A stretch of DNA of 32,000 bases from Flavobacteriaceae bacterium (lineage in GTDB: Bacteria; Bacteroidota; Bacteroidia; Flavobacteriales; Flavobacteriaceae). Of this stretch, positions 8,575 to 18,900 are shown piece after piece. The translations under genes and the position numbers were made by a program. The notes under the pieces were generated by a model. It was not told the origin of the DNA. It saw only the letters and a program-made list of their open reading frames with translations, and made no database searches. The first letter of the stretch is position 1; every line of letters starts with the position of its first letter. The stretch lies in contig OZ245049.1 in assembly GCA_965224465.1 (NCBI GenBank), forward strand, positions 840,001 through 872,000, given 5' to 3'.

Positions 8575-9511
8575 TTCTGAGTTTTAGTCGGTTTAAAGAG
8601 GCATTTAATTCAAATCCTAACAACAAAATAATACAGTTCAACCAGATATACAGCATCAATATTAATAGTGCTCCAATAGACCCATATAATTCGTTATACC
8701 TAGCAAAATCTTTTACGTACACACCAAAAACATAGGTAGTAAGTATAATCAAAACAGTTGTTAATAAGGCTCCTGGCGAAAAGAATTTGGTAATTTTCCC
8801 TTCTTTGGTTCCAAAATAATACAACACAGAAGTTCCCACATAAATCATCAAAGTAAAAAACAGAAATTGTCCAATCTTTACACCTAAGACATCACTTTGA
8901 TCCCTATTATAGCCACCTGTTTTTTCTGCTAATTCACTTAAGTATTCAACAATATAAATCTCAAAGTACATCAATACCACAATCGTAACTAATAAAAGTA
9001 GCGCCAATATCACCCCTACCCATAAAGAATACAAATATTGCCAAACCATATTTCTAGTAAGCTTTACATGATACGAATATTCGAAACCTGCAAAAATAGC
9101 ATTCACCCCATTTGCCATCAAGAACATAGCGAAAATTAGGTTGACATAATTAACACCTGTACCTGTTCCTTGATGGTTTACAATATCTTCCACAATGGAA
9201 TCAAAAAAGTCAGAAGTTTTGGGAGGAAGTAAATTGGTTACAACACTCATAAACTCATGACTATCCACTGGTAAGTATGGTATGATTGTTAAAATAAATA
9301 GTAGAAAAGGAAAAATAGCCATAAAAAAGCTAAACGCGATGGCACTTGCACGAGAAGTTAAAGCTCCTTTTACGATACCGATAGAGTACATTTCCAATAA
9401 ATCATACAAAGAAAGCCCCTCAAAACTAGGCACCTTTATAGATTTTAAAAACCGAATAAATATATTTACTACGGGTATTTTTAACAATTTCTCTTCTATA
9501 GGTTTTGTCAT
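8555..9511 (-). CDS. YihY/BrkB family inner-membrane protein
   Basis: 318-aa ORF with about 6 predicted TM helices. The N-terminal segment ([39 protein letters not shown]) is typical of the YihY/virulence-factor BrkB family. It abuts the nadC stop and overlaps the kdsB start. Confidence 0.8.
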   Translation of the reverse strand: MTKPIEEKLLKIPVVNIFIRFLKSIKVPSFEGLSLYDLLEMYSIGIVKGALTSRASAIAFSFFMAIFPFLLFILTIIPYLPVDSHEFMSVVTNLLPPKTSDFFDSIVEDIVNHQGTGTGVNYVNLIFAMFLMANGVNAIFAGFEYSYHVKLTRNMVWQYLYSLWVGVILALLLLVTIVVLMYFEIYIVEYLSELAEKTGGYNRDQSDVLGVKIGQFLFFTLMIYVGTSVLYYFGTKEGKITKFFSPGALLTTVLIILTTYVFGVYVKDFARYNELYGSIGALLILMLYIWLNCIILLLGFELNASLNRLKLRNENAKK

Positions 9512-10369
9512 CTAAACAGCTTTTAAACTTAAATCCATATTATACACCGAATGGGTTAAGGCGCCCGAAGAAATAAAATCAACACCACACTCTGCGTATT
9601 CACGCAATGTTTTTTCATTAATTCCACCAGAGGATTCCGTTTGGCAATAATCTCCAATTAACGCTACCGCCTTACGCGTATTTTCATAATCAAAATTATC
9701 TATCAAAATACGATAGACTCCTGGTGTTTTCATAATCTCAGTAATCTCATCCAAACTCCTTGCTTCTACTATAATTTTCAAGTTTAGCCTATTGTTAACT
9801 AAGTATTCTTTGGTCTTCACAATGGCTTTTGTTACGCCACCACAAAAATCTATATGATTATCCTTTAACATAATCATATCGTATAAAGCAAATCTATGAT
9901 TGACACCTCCACCTATTTTAACCGCCCATTTCTCAATGGCTCTTATTCCTGGAGTCGTTTTTCGAGTATCCAAAATTTTGGTTTCTGTACCTTCTAAAAG
10001 AGCTACAAAAGAACGCGTTTTTGTAGCAATAGCACTCATACGCTGCATGGCATTTAATACCAATCGTTCTGTTTTTAAAATAGATTGAGATTTTCCTTCT
10101 ACATAAAATACAATATCTCCAGGTTTTACCGCAGCACCGTCCTCTAATATCGTTTCCACTTTCATACTTGGATCTACTTGAGCAAACACACGTTTTGCAA
10201 ATTCAACTCCAGCAATAATACCTGTATCTTTAACTAACAACTTGGCTTTCCCATAAGCATCACTGGGGATACAAGCCAACGAGCTATGATCGCCTCCCCC
10301 AATATCTTCACGAATGGCATTGCTAATTATCAGTTCTAATTCTTTTTCAAATTGAGCCTTACTTATCAT
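9512..10369 (-). CDS. nadC: nicotinate-nucleotide diphosphorylase (carboxylating), quinolinate phosphoribosyltransferase
   Basis: 285-aa ORF with LDTRKTTPGIRAIEKWAVKIGGGVNHRFALYDMIMLKDNHI and a C-terminal ESSGGI...ISSGALTHS, both classic QPRTase blocks. Confidence 0.9.
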   Translation of the reverse strand: MISKAQFEKELELIISNAIREDIGGGDHSSLACIPSDAYGKAKLLVKDTGIIAGVEFAKRVFAQVDPSMKVETILEDGAAVKPGDIVFYVEGKSQSILKTERLVLNAMQRMSAIATKTRSFVALLEGTETKILDTRKTTPGIRAIEKWAVKIGGGVNHRFALYDMIMLKDNHIDFCGGVTKAIVKTKEYLVNNRLNLKIIVEARSLDEITEIMKTPGVYRILIDNFDYENTRKAVALIGDYCQTESSGGINEKTLREYAECGVDFISSGALTHSVYNMDLSLKAV

Positions 10370-10389
10370 ATTTAAATTTATTATTGGTA

Positions 10390-10397
10390 CAAAAATA
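10390..10397 (-). promoter_or_regulatory. candidate Bacteroidota -7 box (TATTTTTG = TAnnTTTG) for the nadC operon
   Basis: The plus strand CAAAAATA at 10390..10397 gives TATTTTTG on the minus strand, 21 nt upstream of the nadC ATG at 10369. No clear -33 TTG was found. Confidence 0.4.
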
Positions 10398-10433
10398 ACT
10401 TTTTGTTTTAAAACTCCTAGCCTAAATCTTTAG

Positions 10434-10441
10434 TATCTTTG
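10434..10441 (+). promoter_or_regulatory. candidate Bacteroidota -7 box (TATCTTTG) for the rlmH operon
   Basis: It matches TAnnTTTG only 4 nt before the rlmH ATG at 10446. That would imply a leaderless or very short-leader mRNA, or that the true start or promoter lies elsewhere. Confidence 0.3.
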
Positions 10442-10445
10442 TCTT

Positions 10446-10919
10446 ATGAATATAAAACTATTGGTTATAGGTAAAACCGACGATAAAAATCTACTACAAC
10501 TCATCCAGATCTACGAAAATAGACTCAAACACTATATCAAATTTGACATTGAAATAATCCCCGATATTAAAAATGTAAAAAACCTTAGTGAAGTGCAACA
10601 AAAAGAGAAGGAAGGGAATTTAATTCTAAAAAAAATGGAGGCTTCTGACCAATTGGTATTGCTAGATGAAAATGGAAAAACGTTTAAGTCTACTGAATTC
10701 GCACAATTTTTACAAAAAAAAATGAATAGTGGGATTAAACAATTGGTCTTGGTTATCGGAGGTCCTTATGGTTTTTCTGAAGCTGTCTACAAAAAAGCAG
10801 TTGGAAAAATTTCTTTATCCAACATGACATTTTCACATCAAATGATTCGTTTGATACTTGTAGAGCAATTGTACAGAGGATTTACCATTTTAAAAAACGA
10901 ACCTTATCATCATGAATAA
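10446..10919 (+). CDS. rlmH: 23S rRNA (pseudouridine1915-N3)-methyltransferase, SPOUT family
   Basis: 157-aa ORF. LVLVIGGPYGFSEAVYKKAVGKISLSNMTFSHQMIRLILVEQLYRGFTILKNEPYH is the RlmH C-terminal signature. Confidence 0.9.
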   Translation: MNIKLLVIGKTDDKNLLQLIQIYENRLKHYIKFDIEIIPDIKNVKNLSEVQQKEKEGNLILKKMEASDQLVLLDENGKTFKSTEFAQFLQKKMNSGIKQLVLVIGGPYGFSEAVYKKAVGKISLSNMTFSHQMIRLILVEQLYRGFTILKNEPYHHE

Positions 10920-11502
10920 AATAGAAATTGTATTTGCTACCAATAATGCCAACAAACTTAAAGAAGTACAAGCGATGTTACCCCCACATATTAAAGTACT
11001 AAGTTTAAAGGACATCCATTGTTTGGAAGAAATCCCTGAAACTTCGGACACCTTAGAAGGAAATGCCATCTTAAAAGCCAACCATGTTACAAAAAACTAT
11101 GGTTACAATTGTTTTGCTGATGACACAGGACTGGAAGTAAACGCCTTAGACAATGCTCCTGGTGTCTATTCTGCTCGCTATGCAGGAGAAGATAACAATG
11201 CGGAGAACAACATGCAAAAACTGTTAGATAATCTAAATGACACCCTTGATAGGAAAGCACAGTTTAGAACGGTGATTGCTTTAAATTTAGAGGAGAAACA
11301 ATTTCTTTTTGAAGGGCTCTGTACTGGTGAAATTCTTCAAAAAAAACAAGGAAATGCTGGCTTTGGCTATGACCCTATATTTATGCCTTCCAACTACTGT
11401 ATCTCATTTGCGGAGATGGACATGGAAACCAAAGGAAAAATTAGCCATCGCGGATTATCCGTACAAAAGCTAGTGACTTATTTAAACACAATACTTACAT
11501 AA
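10912..11502 (+). CDS. rdgB: non-canonical purine NTP (dITP/XTP) pyrophosphatase, RdgB/HAM1 family
   Basis: 196-aa ORF with IVFATNNANKLKEV, FADDTGLEVNALDNAPGVYSARYAG, GFGYDPIF and KGKISHRG motifs. Its ATG overlaps the rlmH stop (ATGAATAA). Confidence 0.9.
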   Translation: MNKIEIVFATNNANKLKEVQAMLPPHIKVLSLKDIHCLEEIPETSDTLEGNAILKANHVTKNYGYNCFADDTGLEVNALDNAPGVYSARYAGEDNNAENNMQKLLDNLNDTLDRKAQFRTVIALNLEEKQFLFEGLCTGEILQKKQGNAGFGYDPIFMPSNYCISFAEMDMETKGKISHRGLSVQKLVTYLNTILT

Positions 11503-12531
11503 TTGGAAAAGATAAAATCATATAATACCACCTTTATTTTATTGGGATGTGCTTTATTAGTAGCGCTTATTATAAATATTAATTTGGGATCGGTATCCAT
11601 TCCGTTAAAAGCTATATTCAATAGTTTTTTAGACCCTGAGTCTGTCAAAATTTCTTGGAGATATATCATTTTAGATTACCGAGTTCCAAAAGCCATAACA
11701 GCTGTTTTAGTAGGAGCTGGCCTATCGGTTAGTGGTTTGCTCATGCAAACATTGTTCAGAAATCCATTGGCAGGTCCCTTTGTTTTAGGGATTAGTTCTG
11801 GAGCAAGTTTAGGCGTTGCATTGCTTATTATGGGAACTTCTTTTCTAAGCATCAACATATTGGCTAGTTTAGGTTTTAATTGGGGAGTTGCTTTCGCTTC
11901 AAGTTTGGGAGCTTTCCTAGTTCTTTTTGCCGTAATGGTTGCAGCTAATAAAATAAAAAACACCATGTCTATTTTAATTATAGGATTGATGTTTGGGAGT
12001 CTCACCACGGCAATCATAAGTGTATTGGCTTATTTTAGCTCTGCAGAACAATTGCAACAATTCATGTTTTGGAGTTTTGGAAGTTTAGGCAATTTAAGTT
12101 GGACAGAAATAGGAGTATTAACAGGGGTTTCATTTCTTGGACTGCTACTCGTACTCAGTATTATAAAACCCTTAAACAGCATGCTTCTAGGAGAAAACTA
12201 TGCTAAAAGCATGGGGGTTAACATCAAAAAAACAAGACAAATCACCTTGGTCGCTACAAGTTTACTCACAGGAGTAATTACCGCTTTTTCTGGCCCTATA
12301 GCCTTTGTTGGATTGGCAGTCCCACATTTAACCAAATTAGTGTTTAATACCTCAAACCACAAAACATTACTTCCTGCAGTTGCTATTTCGGGTGCCATTA
12401 TCATGTTGATTTGTGATAGTATAGCCCAACTTCCAAATAGTGAATACACCCTACCTATCAATGCAATTACCTCTTTATTTGGAGCGCCCATTGTAATTTG
12501 GTTATTAATGCGTAAACGTACCTTAAATTAA
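11503..12531 (+). CDS. FecCD-family ABC transporter permease (iron-siderophore/haem/cobalamin type)
   Basis: 342-aa polytopic membrane ORF with family-typical blocks (RVPKAITAVLVGAGLSVSGLLMQTLFRNPLAGPFVLGISSGASLG; GPIAFVGLAVPHL; GAPIVIWLL). The start as drawn is TTG, immediately after the rdgB stop. Confidence 0.85.
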   Translation: MEKIKSYNTTFILLGCALLVALIININLGSVSIPLKAIFNSFLDPESVKISWRYIILDYRVPKAITAVLVGAGLSVSGLLMQTLFRNPLAGPFVLGISSGASLGVALLIMGTSFLSINILASLGFNWGVAFASSLGAFLVLFAVMVAANKIKNTMSILIIGLMFGSLTTAIISVLAYFSSAEQLQQFMFWSFGSLGNLSWTEIGVLTGVSFLGLLLVLSIIKPLNSMLLGENYAKSMGVNIKKTRQITLVATSLLTGVITAFSGPIAFVGLAVPHLTKLVFNTSNHKTLLPAVAISGAIIMLICDSIAQLPNSEYTLPINAITSLFGAPIVIWLLMRKRTLN

Positions 12532-12532
12532 T

Positions 12533-13324
12533 ATGAAATTTACAGAAAAAAAACTTCTTTTATCCATCTCTAATGCTTGCATAGGTTACCGAGCAGGTAA
12601 AAAAAAGACCACTGTGGCGACTGGAATCACCGTAGATATCCACCAAGGAAACTTAGTCTGCTTATTAGGAAAAAACGGAATAGGAAAATCTACCTTGCTC
12701 AGAAGCATTTCTAAGGTACAACCCTTATTATCAGGTAAAATTAGTATTAAAGGAAAAGACATTGAAGATTATTCACCTCAGGAATTCTCTAAAGTAATGA
12801 GTCTGGTTTTGACAGAAAAACTCCCCGAAAGCAACTTAACAGTCTATGAACTAATAGCTCTTGGAAGACAACCATATACCGATTGGCTCGGAAGCATCAC
12901 AAAATCCGATAGTGTTATTATAGAAAAAGCGCTAAAAGCAACACATACCAGCCATTTATCATTACAAAAAACAAATGAATTGAGTGATGGTCAACTCCAA
13001 AAAGTACTCATTGCTCGTGCAATTGCTCAAGATACGGAATGTATTATCCTAGATGAGCCTACTGCTCACTTAGACATACATCATAAAATAGAAACCTTTA
13101 CACTGCTTAAAAAGTTAGCAAAGGATTTTGGTAAAACCATCCTCATTTCTACCCATGAAGTTCAAATAGCATTGCAATTAGCCGATGAATTATGGTTAAT
13201 GAATGATGATCAATTTATTGCAAACACTCCTGAATACCTTATTGAAAACAATGAATTGGATCGTTTATTCTCCTCTGACATTATTAGGTTTGACAAGAAA
13301 ACAAAACAATTTATCATCAAATAA
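12533..13324 (+). CDS. ABC transporter ATP-binding protein (FecE/HmuV-like)
   Basis: 263-aa ORF with Walker A GKNGIGKST, the signature LSDGQLQ and Walker B IILDEPTAHLD. It starts 1 nt after the permease stop. Confidence 0.85.
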   Translation: MKFTEKKLLLSISNACIGYRAGKKKTTVATGITVDIHQGNLVCLLGKNGIGKSTLLRSISKVQPLLSGKISIKGKDIEDYSPQEFSKVMSLVLTEKLPESNLTVYELIALGRQPYTDWLGSITKSDSVIIEKALKATHTSHLSLQKTNELSDGQLQKVLIARAIAQDTECIILDEPTAHLDIHHKIETFTLLKKLAKDFGKTILISTHEVQIALQLADELWLMNDDQFIANTPEYLIENNELDRLFSSDIIRFDKKTKQFIIK

Positions 13325-13429
13325 ATGCGATTATACCTGTTATTTACTCTGCAGATAATTGGATCGTTAAATATAAAATGAAAACAATGCCATTCCTCAA
13401 TTTTCTAGTCTAGACAAAAACAATTCTGA

Positions 13430-14998
13430 TTACCTATTTAATACTTCTGGGTTTACAATTACAAATTCGGTACGTCTATTTTTTTGGTGTTCTCCTTTTG
13501 AACATGTTACATTATTCCTACAATTATTAGTCAACATGCGTTCACCATAGCCTTTTCCTGATATTCGATTTGCGTCAATACCTTTTTTTACGATATAAGA
13601 AACGGTTGAATTTGCTCTTCTGCTAGAAAGCTCTATATTATAATAATCATTTCCTCTAGCATCCGTATGTGAGCCTGACTCAATAATTAGGTTTGGGTAT
13701 TTATTCATAACTGCGATCACTTTTTGAAGTTCTATCGCAGCATCTGGACGTATATTATCTTTATCAAAATCAAAATAAATAGGATTAATATTTATTAAAA
13801 TTCTACCTTCCTCCTGTATAAACTCTAGTTTACTTAAATTTAGGTTGACAATAATTCCTTTTGTATCCTTTTTTGCAAAAGACTCAAAACTGGGAGAGTA
13901 CGATTCTTTTTCTGCAAAAACTATATAATCCTTTTCGCAATCAATAGTAAACTTATACTCATTATTTGCTGTGTTTTTTTGCTGATCGACACGTGTTCCA
14001 TCCGCAGTTCTTAAGGTAATGAGTGCTCCTAGTATAGGCTTATTCGTTTTATTATCTACAATATTTCCAGTTACAAATTGCGTACATTTCTTTTCAACTT
14101 CTTTTTCAACTACAAATTTATAGATATCATCATCTCCTACTCCATTCTTACGGTTGGAAGTAAAGTAGCCTGTATTCAGCGCTTCCTTAAAAATAAAATT
14201 AAAATCATCTGAAACTCCATTTATCACTTCTCCAAGATTGAGTACCGTACTATAATTAGTTGCTGCTTTACTTACAAAAATATCCAAACCTCCATGCCCA
14301 GAATGTCCATCAGAAGAAAAATATAAGTCCCCATTTCTACTGATAAAAGGAAATGTATCATTTCCTTCTGTATTGATCGTACTTCCCAAATTTACTGGCG
14401 TCCCATAGCTAGCATCAGGATTAATATCCACATAATATATATCAGACAATCCGTAAGTTCCATCTCTATCTGAAGCAAAATACAACTTAGTTTGAGCTGC
14501 GTTTAATGTAGGATGTGCTGTAGAAAACAAATCACTATTAAATGGTAGTTCCTCTATATCTGTCCATGCTCCATTTACTTTTATTACTTTAAATATTTTT
14601 AATCTATTCAGTCCTTCGTTATCCGTTTTAAATTTCCCATGAAAATAATTATTCCTCGTAAAATACATGGTATTCCCATCTGCAGTAACAGCCACCGTAG
14701 ATTCGTGGTATTTTTTATTCACTACACGTTTCATCTTTTTTGTTATCCCTCGTTTTGTATCATACGTAAATAATTGATAAAACGGACGTTTCTTTCCCTT
14801 TACAAAATGACGCCTATTAATAACTATTGAAGAATCTCTATTAGAAGAAAAAACGATTCCATCTTCATAAAATGAAGCTCCAAAATCAGAAACTTTTGTA
14901 TTAAAACTAGCTAATTCGATGGCGTATTTATTTTTTATTTCTTGTGCTTGACAAGTCATACAAAAAAGCAAAGCGAGTGTGATGTAACATATTTTCAT
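13430..14998 (-). CDS. OmpA-family protein with TolB-like (PD40) beta-propeller repeats
   Basis: The C-terminal OmpA-like peptidoglycan-binding domain reads IYFDFDKDNIRPDAAIELQKV...SHTDARGNDYYNIELSSRRANS...GKGYGE. PD40-like repeats are present (YFASDRDGTYGLSDIYY, YFSSDGHSGHGGLDIF, YFTSNRKNGVGDDDIY). I prefer the start at internal M21 (MKICYITLALLFCMTCQAQ, ATG at 14998). The 15058 start drawn in the ORF track would overlap the PorP/SprF gene by 50 nt. Confidence 0.85.
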   Translation of the reverse strand: MKICYITLALLFCMTCQAQEIKNKYAIELASFNTKVSDFGASFYEDGIVFSSNRDSSIVINRRHFVKGKKRPFYQLFTYDTKRGITKKMKRVVNKKYHESTVAVTADGNTMYFTRNNYFHGKFKTDNEGLNRLKIFKVIKVNGAWTDIEELPFNSDLFSTAHPTLNAAQTKLYFASDRDGTYGLSDIYYVDINPDASYGTPVNLGSTINTEGNDTFPFISRNGDLYFSSDGHSGHGGLDIFVSKAATNYSTVLNLGEVINGVSDDFNFIFKEALNTGYFTSNRKNGVGDDDIYKFVVEKEVEKKCTQFVTGNIVDNKTNKPILGALITLRTADGTRVDQQKNTANNEYKFTIDCEKDYIVFAEKESYSPSFESFAKKDTKGIIVNLNLSKLEFIQEEGRILININPIYFDFDKDNIRPDAAIELQKVIAVMNKYPNLIIESGSHTDARGNDYYNIELSSRRANSTVSYIVKKGIDANRISGKGYGERMLTNNCRNNVTCSKGEHQKNRRTEFVIVNPEVLNR

Positions 14999-15008
14999 AG
15001 TATCATTT

Positions 15009-15929
15009 TTAGAAGAAACGTGGCGAAACCAAGTTTGTTTTTGTGTTAAACAATTCAATTCTCAAAAATACCTCATGTGATCCAGAGTCATAATTCACTA
15101 ATGCAGTAGTGTCCCAATCATAAGCATATCCAATCATAAGGTTTTCATTTATTTGAAAACCAGCCATAGCACTAAGAGCTGCACTCCATCTATAAGCAAG
15201 TCCTAGTCTGAACTTTTCATGGAATAATGCATTCAAAGACAGGTCTATTTGCAATGGAGCACCTGCTACATATTTTGTTAATAAAGCTGGCTTTAATTTG
15301 GTGTTTGCACTTATATCAAATACATACCCCGCAATCAAATAATAATTCATTCGTTCTTTTGCTATACTAGAAACTATCGGACTACCATCTTTATAATGTT
15401 CGGTTTCTAATATATTAGGCACAGACAATCCTAAATAGTAATTCGGAGTGTGATAATACAATCCAACACCAAAATTAGGAGTAAATCTATTCTCAATATT
15501 ATATGCATAAGGATCTTCTTGATCACCAATTGTCAATTTAGAAAAATCTACATTTAGCATATTAAGGACTCCTTTTAATCCAAATGCTAGCTTCCCTTTT
15601 TCAGAAACGGGTATGGTATAAGATACATCTATATTTAAGTATTGTTCTGTAGCTACCCCCAATTTATCATTTACAAAAGAAAAACCAAGCCCAATTTTAC
15701 TCCTAGAAAAAGGCGTATGAATAGCAAATGTTTGCGTTTGAGGAGCTCCATCCAAGCCTACCCATTGTGAACGATGTAAAGCAAGTATGCTCGTGACCCC
15801 TCTAGACCCTGCATAGGCAGGATTTATCCCCACTGTATTATACATATACTGCGTATATTGTGCATCTTGCTGTGAAAAAACATCGCAAAAACTCAATAGT
15901 ATAGCAATTAAAATTATTAATTTTCTCAT
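15009..15929 (-). CDS. PorP/SprF-family type IX secretion system membrane protein
   Basis: 306-aa ORF whose N-terminus FSQQDAQYTQYMYNTVGINPAYAGSRG is the hallmark of PorP/SprF (TIGR03519-type) proteins. It lies directly downstream of a type-B CTD cargo gene, as in the SprB/SprF paradigm. Confidence 0.9.
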   Translation of the reverse strand: MRKLIILIAILLSFCDVFSQQDAQYTQYMYNTVGINPAYAGSRGVTSILALHRSQWVGLDGAPQTQTFAIHTPFSRSKIGLGFSFVNDKLGVATEQYLNIDVSYTIPVSEKGKLAFGLKGVLNMLNVDFSKLTIGDQEDPYAYNIENRFTPNFGVGLYYHTPNYYLGLSVPNILETEHYKDGSPIVSSIAKERMNYYLIAGYVFDISANTKLKPALLTKYVAGAPLQIDLSLNALFHEKFRLGLAYRWSAALSAMAGFQINENLMIGYAYDWDTTALVNYDSGSHEVFLRIELFNTKTNLVSPRFF

Positions 15930-15978
15930 AGTATTATTTTTTAAATCGAATAGAAATATTCCTACTGCGCTGTTTGTG

Positions 15979-18900
15979 TTATCTATTTACATATAAATGC
16001 CCTGCTTTCTTCACTACCTTGTTCGTATCTGTATTGGTATACACTAAAATATAGAAATACGTTCCTACAGGTAATTTCTTACTAGCCTCTATGGTCATTC
16101 TACCTTCTGAAACCCCTCGAAACACATTATTATCTGAACCATACGATTTAGTTTCGTATACCAAAACTCCCCATCTATTATATATTTCCATCGTATTTTT
16201 CGGGTGAGATTGTATGCCTGTGATGTACAAGAAATCATTCTTTCCATCCCCATTAGGTGTTACTAAATTATGTACAATAATATCACAACTATCTATATCT
16301 AAATAATTAAGTATTCCGTCACTATCACAATCTCCTTCCTGTGTTTCTTCTGCCGTAGAAATCCCATCATTATCATCATCATTATCTAGATAATTAGGAA
16401 TCCCATCATTATCTGTATCATCATCATCTGGATTTCCATTATTATTTAAATCTTCATCCATCGTAGATATGCCATCTGCATCACAGTCTGTTTGAGCAGT
16501 CACATCTACCGAAATATCCTCTCCAATAAAATCACATGCTTCTTTAGGATTCGTACCTTTAGAAATTTCTATAACATCTAAAACACCATCACCATCACAA
16601 TCCATTTCTGATATAATAGGCTCACTTATGTCTTCTACACGATATGAACATGGCTGATTAGGATCTGTTCCGTTTGCTATTTCTATATGATCTAACACGC
16701 CGTCTCCATCTGTATCCAGAAGATTATTTGCAACTACAATTTTTACCGTAGCTGTATCACAATTCTCTGGACTTACTCCATTTTCACAAATCTTATATTC
16801 GACTTCATAAGTACCAGAAGGCGTTCCTTCGGCAATGGTAATTGTGCCATCAGTATTTAAAGTCAGTCCGCTTGGAACAGTCACTCCAGATAAGGTAACT
16901 TCTCCTGAATCTGTTCCTAGCACAACAGGTTTTCCGTCTAAAGTATCATTCTTGGTGATGTCTTTTGTTCTTTCCCCTACTTTAATTGGAGTGGTACTAA
17001 AATCATCATCTGTAGCAATTATTGGATTTACAACTACAACTTTTACTGTAGCCGTGTCACAATTTACTGGACTTATTCCATTTTCACAAATCTTATATTC
17101 AACTTCATAAGTTCCTGAAGGCGTTCCTTCGGAAACAGTAATTGTGCCATCAGTATTTAAAGTCAGTCCACTTGGAACAGTCACTTCGGATAAGGTAACT
17201 TCTCCTGGGTCTGTCCCCAGTACAATAGCTATTCCGTCTAAGGTGTCATTATCTGTGATGTCTGCAGTGCTTTCCCCTCCTGTAATTGGAGTCGCACTAT
17301 AATCATCATCTGTAGCAACTATTGGATTTGCAACTACAATTGTCACTGTAGCTGTATCACAATTCACTGGATTTGCTCCATTTTCGCAAATCTTATATTC
17401 AACTTCATAAGTTCCTGAAGGCGTTCCTTCGGAAATGGTAATTGTGCCATTTGTATTTAAAGTCAGTCCGCTTGGAACAGTCACTTCAGATAAGGTAACT
17501 TCTCCGGGGTCTGTCCCCAGTACAACAGCTATTCCGTCTAAGGTGTCATTATCTGTGATGTCTGCTGTGCTTTCTCCTCCTGTAATTGGAGTGGCGCTAT
17601 AATCATCATCTGTAGCAACTATTGGATTTTTAACTACAATTTTTACCGTAGCTGTGTCACAATTCACTGGATTTGCTCCATTTTCACAAATCTTATATTC
17701 AACTTCATAAGTCCCAGAAGGCGTTCCTTCGAAAACGGTAATTGTGCCATCAGTATTTAAAGTCAGTCCGCTTGGAACAGTCACTTCGGATAAGGTAACT
17801 TCTCCTGGGTCTGTTCCCAGTACAACAGCTATTCCGTCTAAGGTATCATTATCGGTGATGTCTGCTGTGCTTTCTCCTCCTGTAATTGGAGTGGCGCTAT
17901 AATCATCATCTGTAGCAACTATTGGATTTTTAACTACAATTTTTACCGTAGCTGTGTCACAATTCACTGGATTTGCTCCATTTTCACAAATCTTATATTC
18001 AACTTCATAAGTCCCAGAAGGCGTTCCTTCGAAAACGGTAATTGTGCCATCAGTATTTAAAGTCAGTCCGCTTGGAACAGTCACTTCAGATAAGGTAACT
18101 TCTCCGGGGTCTGTCCCCAGTACAACAGCTATTCCGTCTAAGGTGTCATTATCTGTGATGTCTGCTGTGCTTTCTCCTCCTGTAATTGGAGTGGCGCTAT
18201 AATCATCATCTGTAGCAACTATTGGATTTTTAACTACAATTTTTACCGTAGCTGTGTCACAATTCACTGGATTTGCTCCATTTTCACAAATCTTATATTC
18301 AACTTCATAAGTCCCAGAAGGCGTTCCTTCGAAAACGGTAATTGTGCCATCAGTATTTAAAGTCAGTCCGCTTGGAACAGTCACTTCAGATAAGGTAACT
18401 TCTCCGGGGTCTGTCCCCAGTACAACAGCTATTCCGTCTAAGGTGTCATTATCTGTGATGTCTGCTGTGCTTTCCCCTCCTGTAATTGGAGTCGCACTAT
18501 AATCATCATCTGTAGCAACTATTGGATTTACAACTACAATTTTTACCGTAGCTGTGTCACATTTTTCTGGATTTGCTCCATTTTCACAAATCTTATATTC
18601 AACTTCATAAGTTCCTGAAGGCGTTCCTTCGAAAACGGTAATTGTGCCATCAGTATTTAAAGTCAGTCCGCTTGGAACAGTCACTTCAGATAAGGTAACT
18701 TCTCCGGGGTCTGTCCCCAGTACAACAGCTATTCCGTCTAAGGTATCATTATCAGTGATGTCTGCAGTGCTTTCCCCTCCTGTAATTGGAGTCGCACTAT
18801 AATCATCATCTGTAGCAACTATTGGATTTACAACTACAATTTTTACCGTAGCTGTGTCACAATTCACTGGATTTGCTCCATTTTCACAAATCTTATATTC

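Noticed and set aside
14999-15058. 20-aa N-terminal extension of the OmpA-family ORF (MNCLTQKQTWFRHVSSKNDT)
   Set aside because: It would overlap the PorP/SprF coding region by 50 nt and would place a polar peptide ahead of an obvious signal peptide. The internal ATG at 14998 (MKICYITLALLF...) is the more plausible start.
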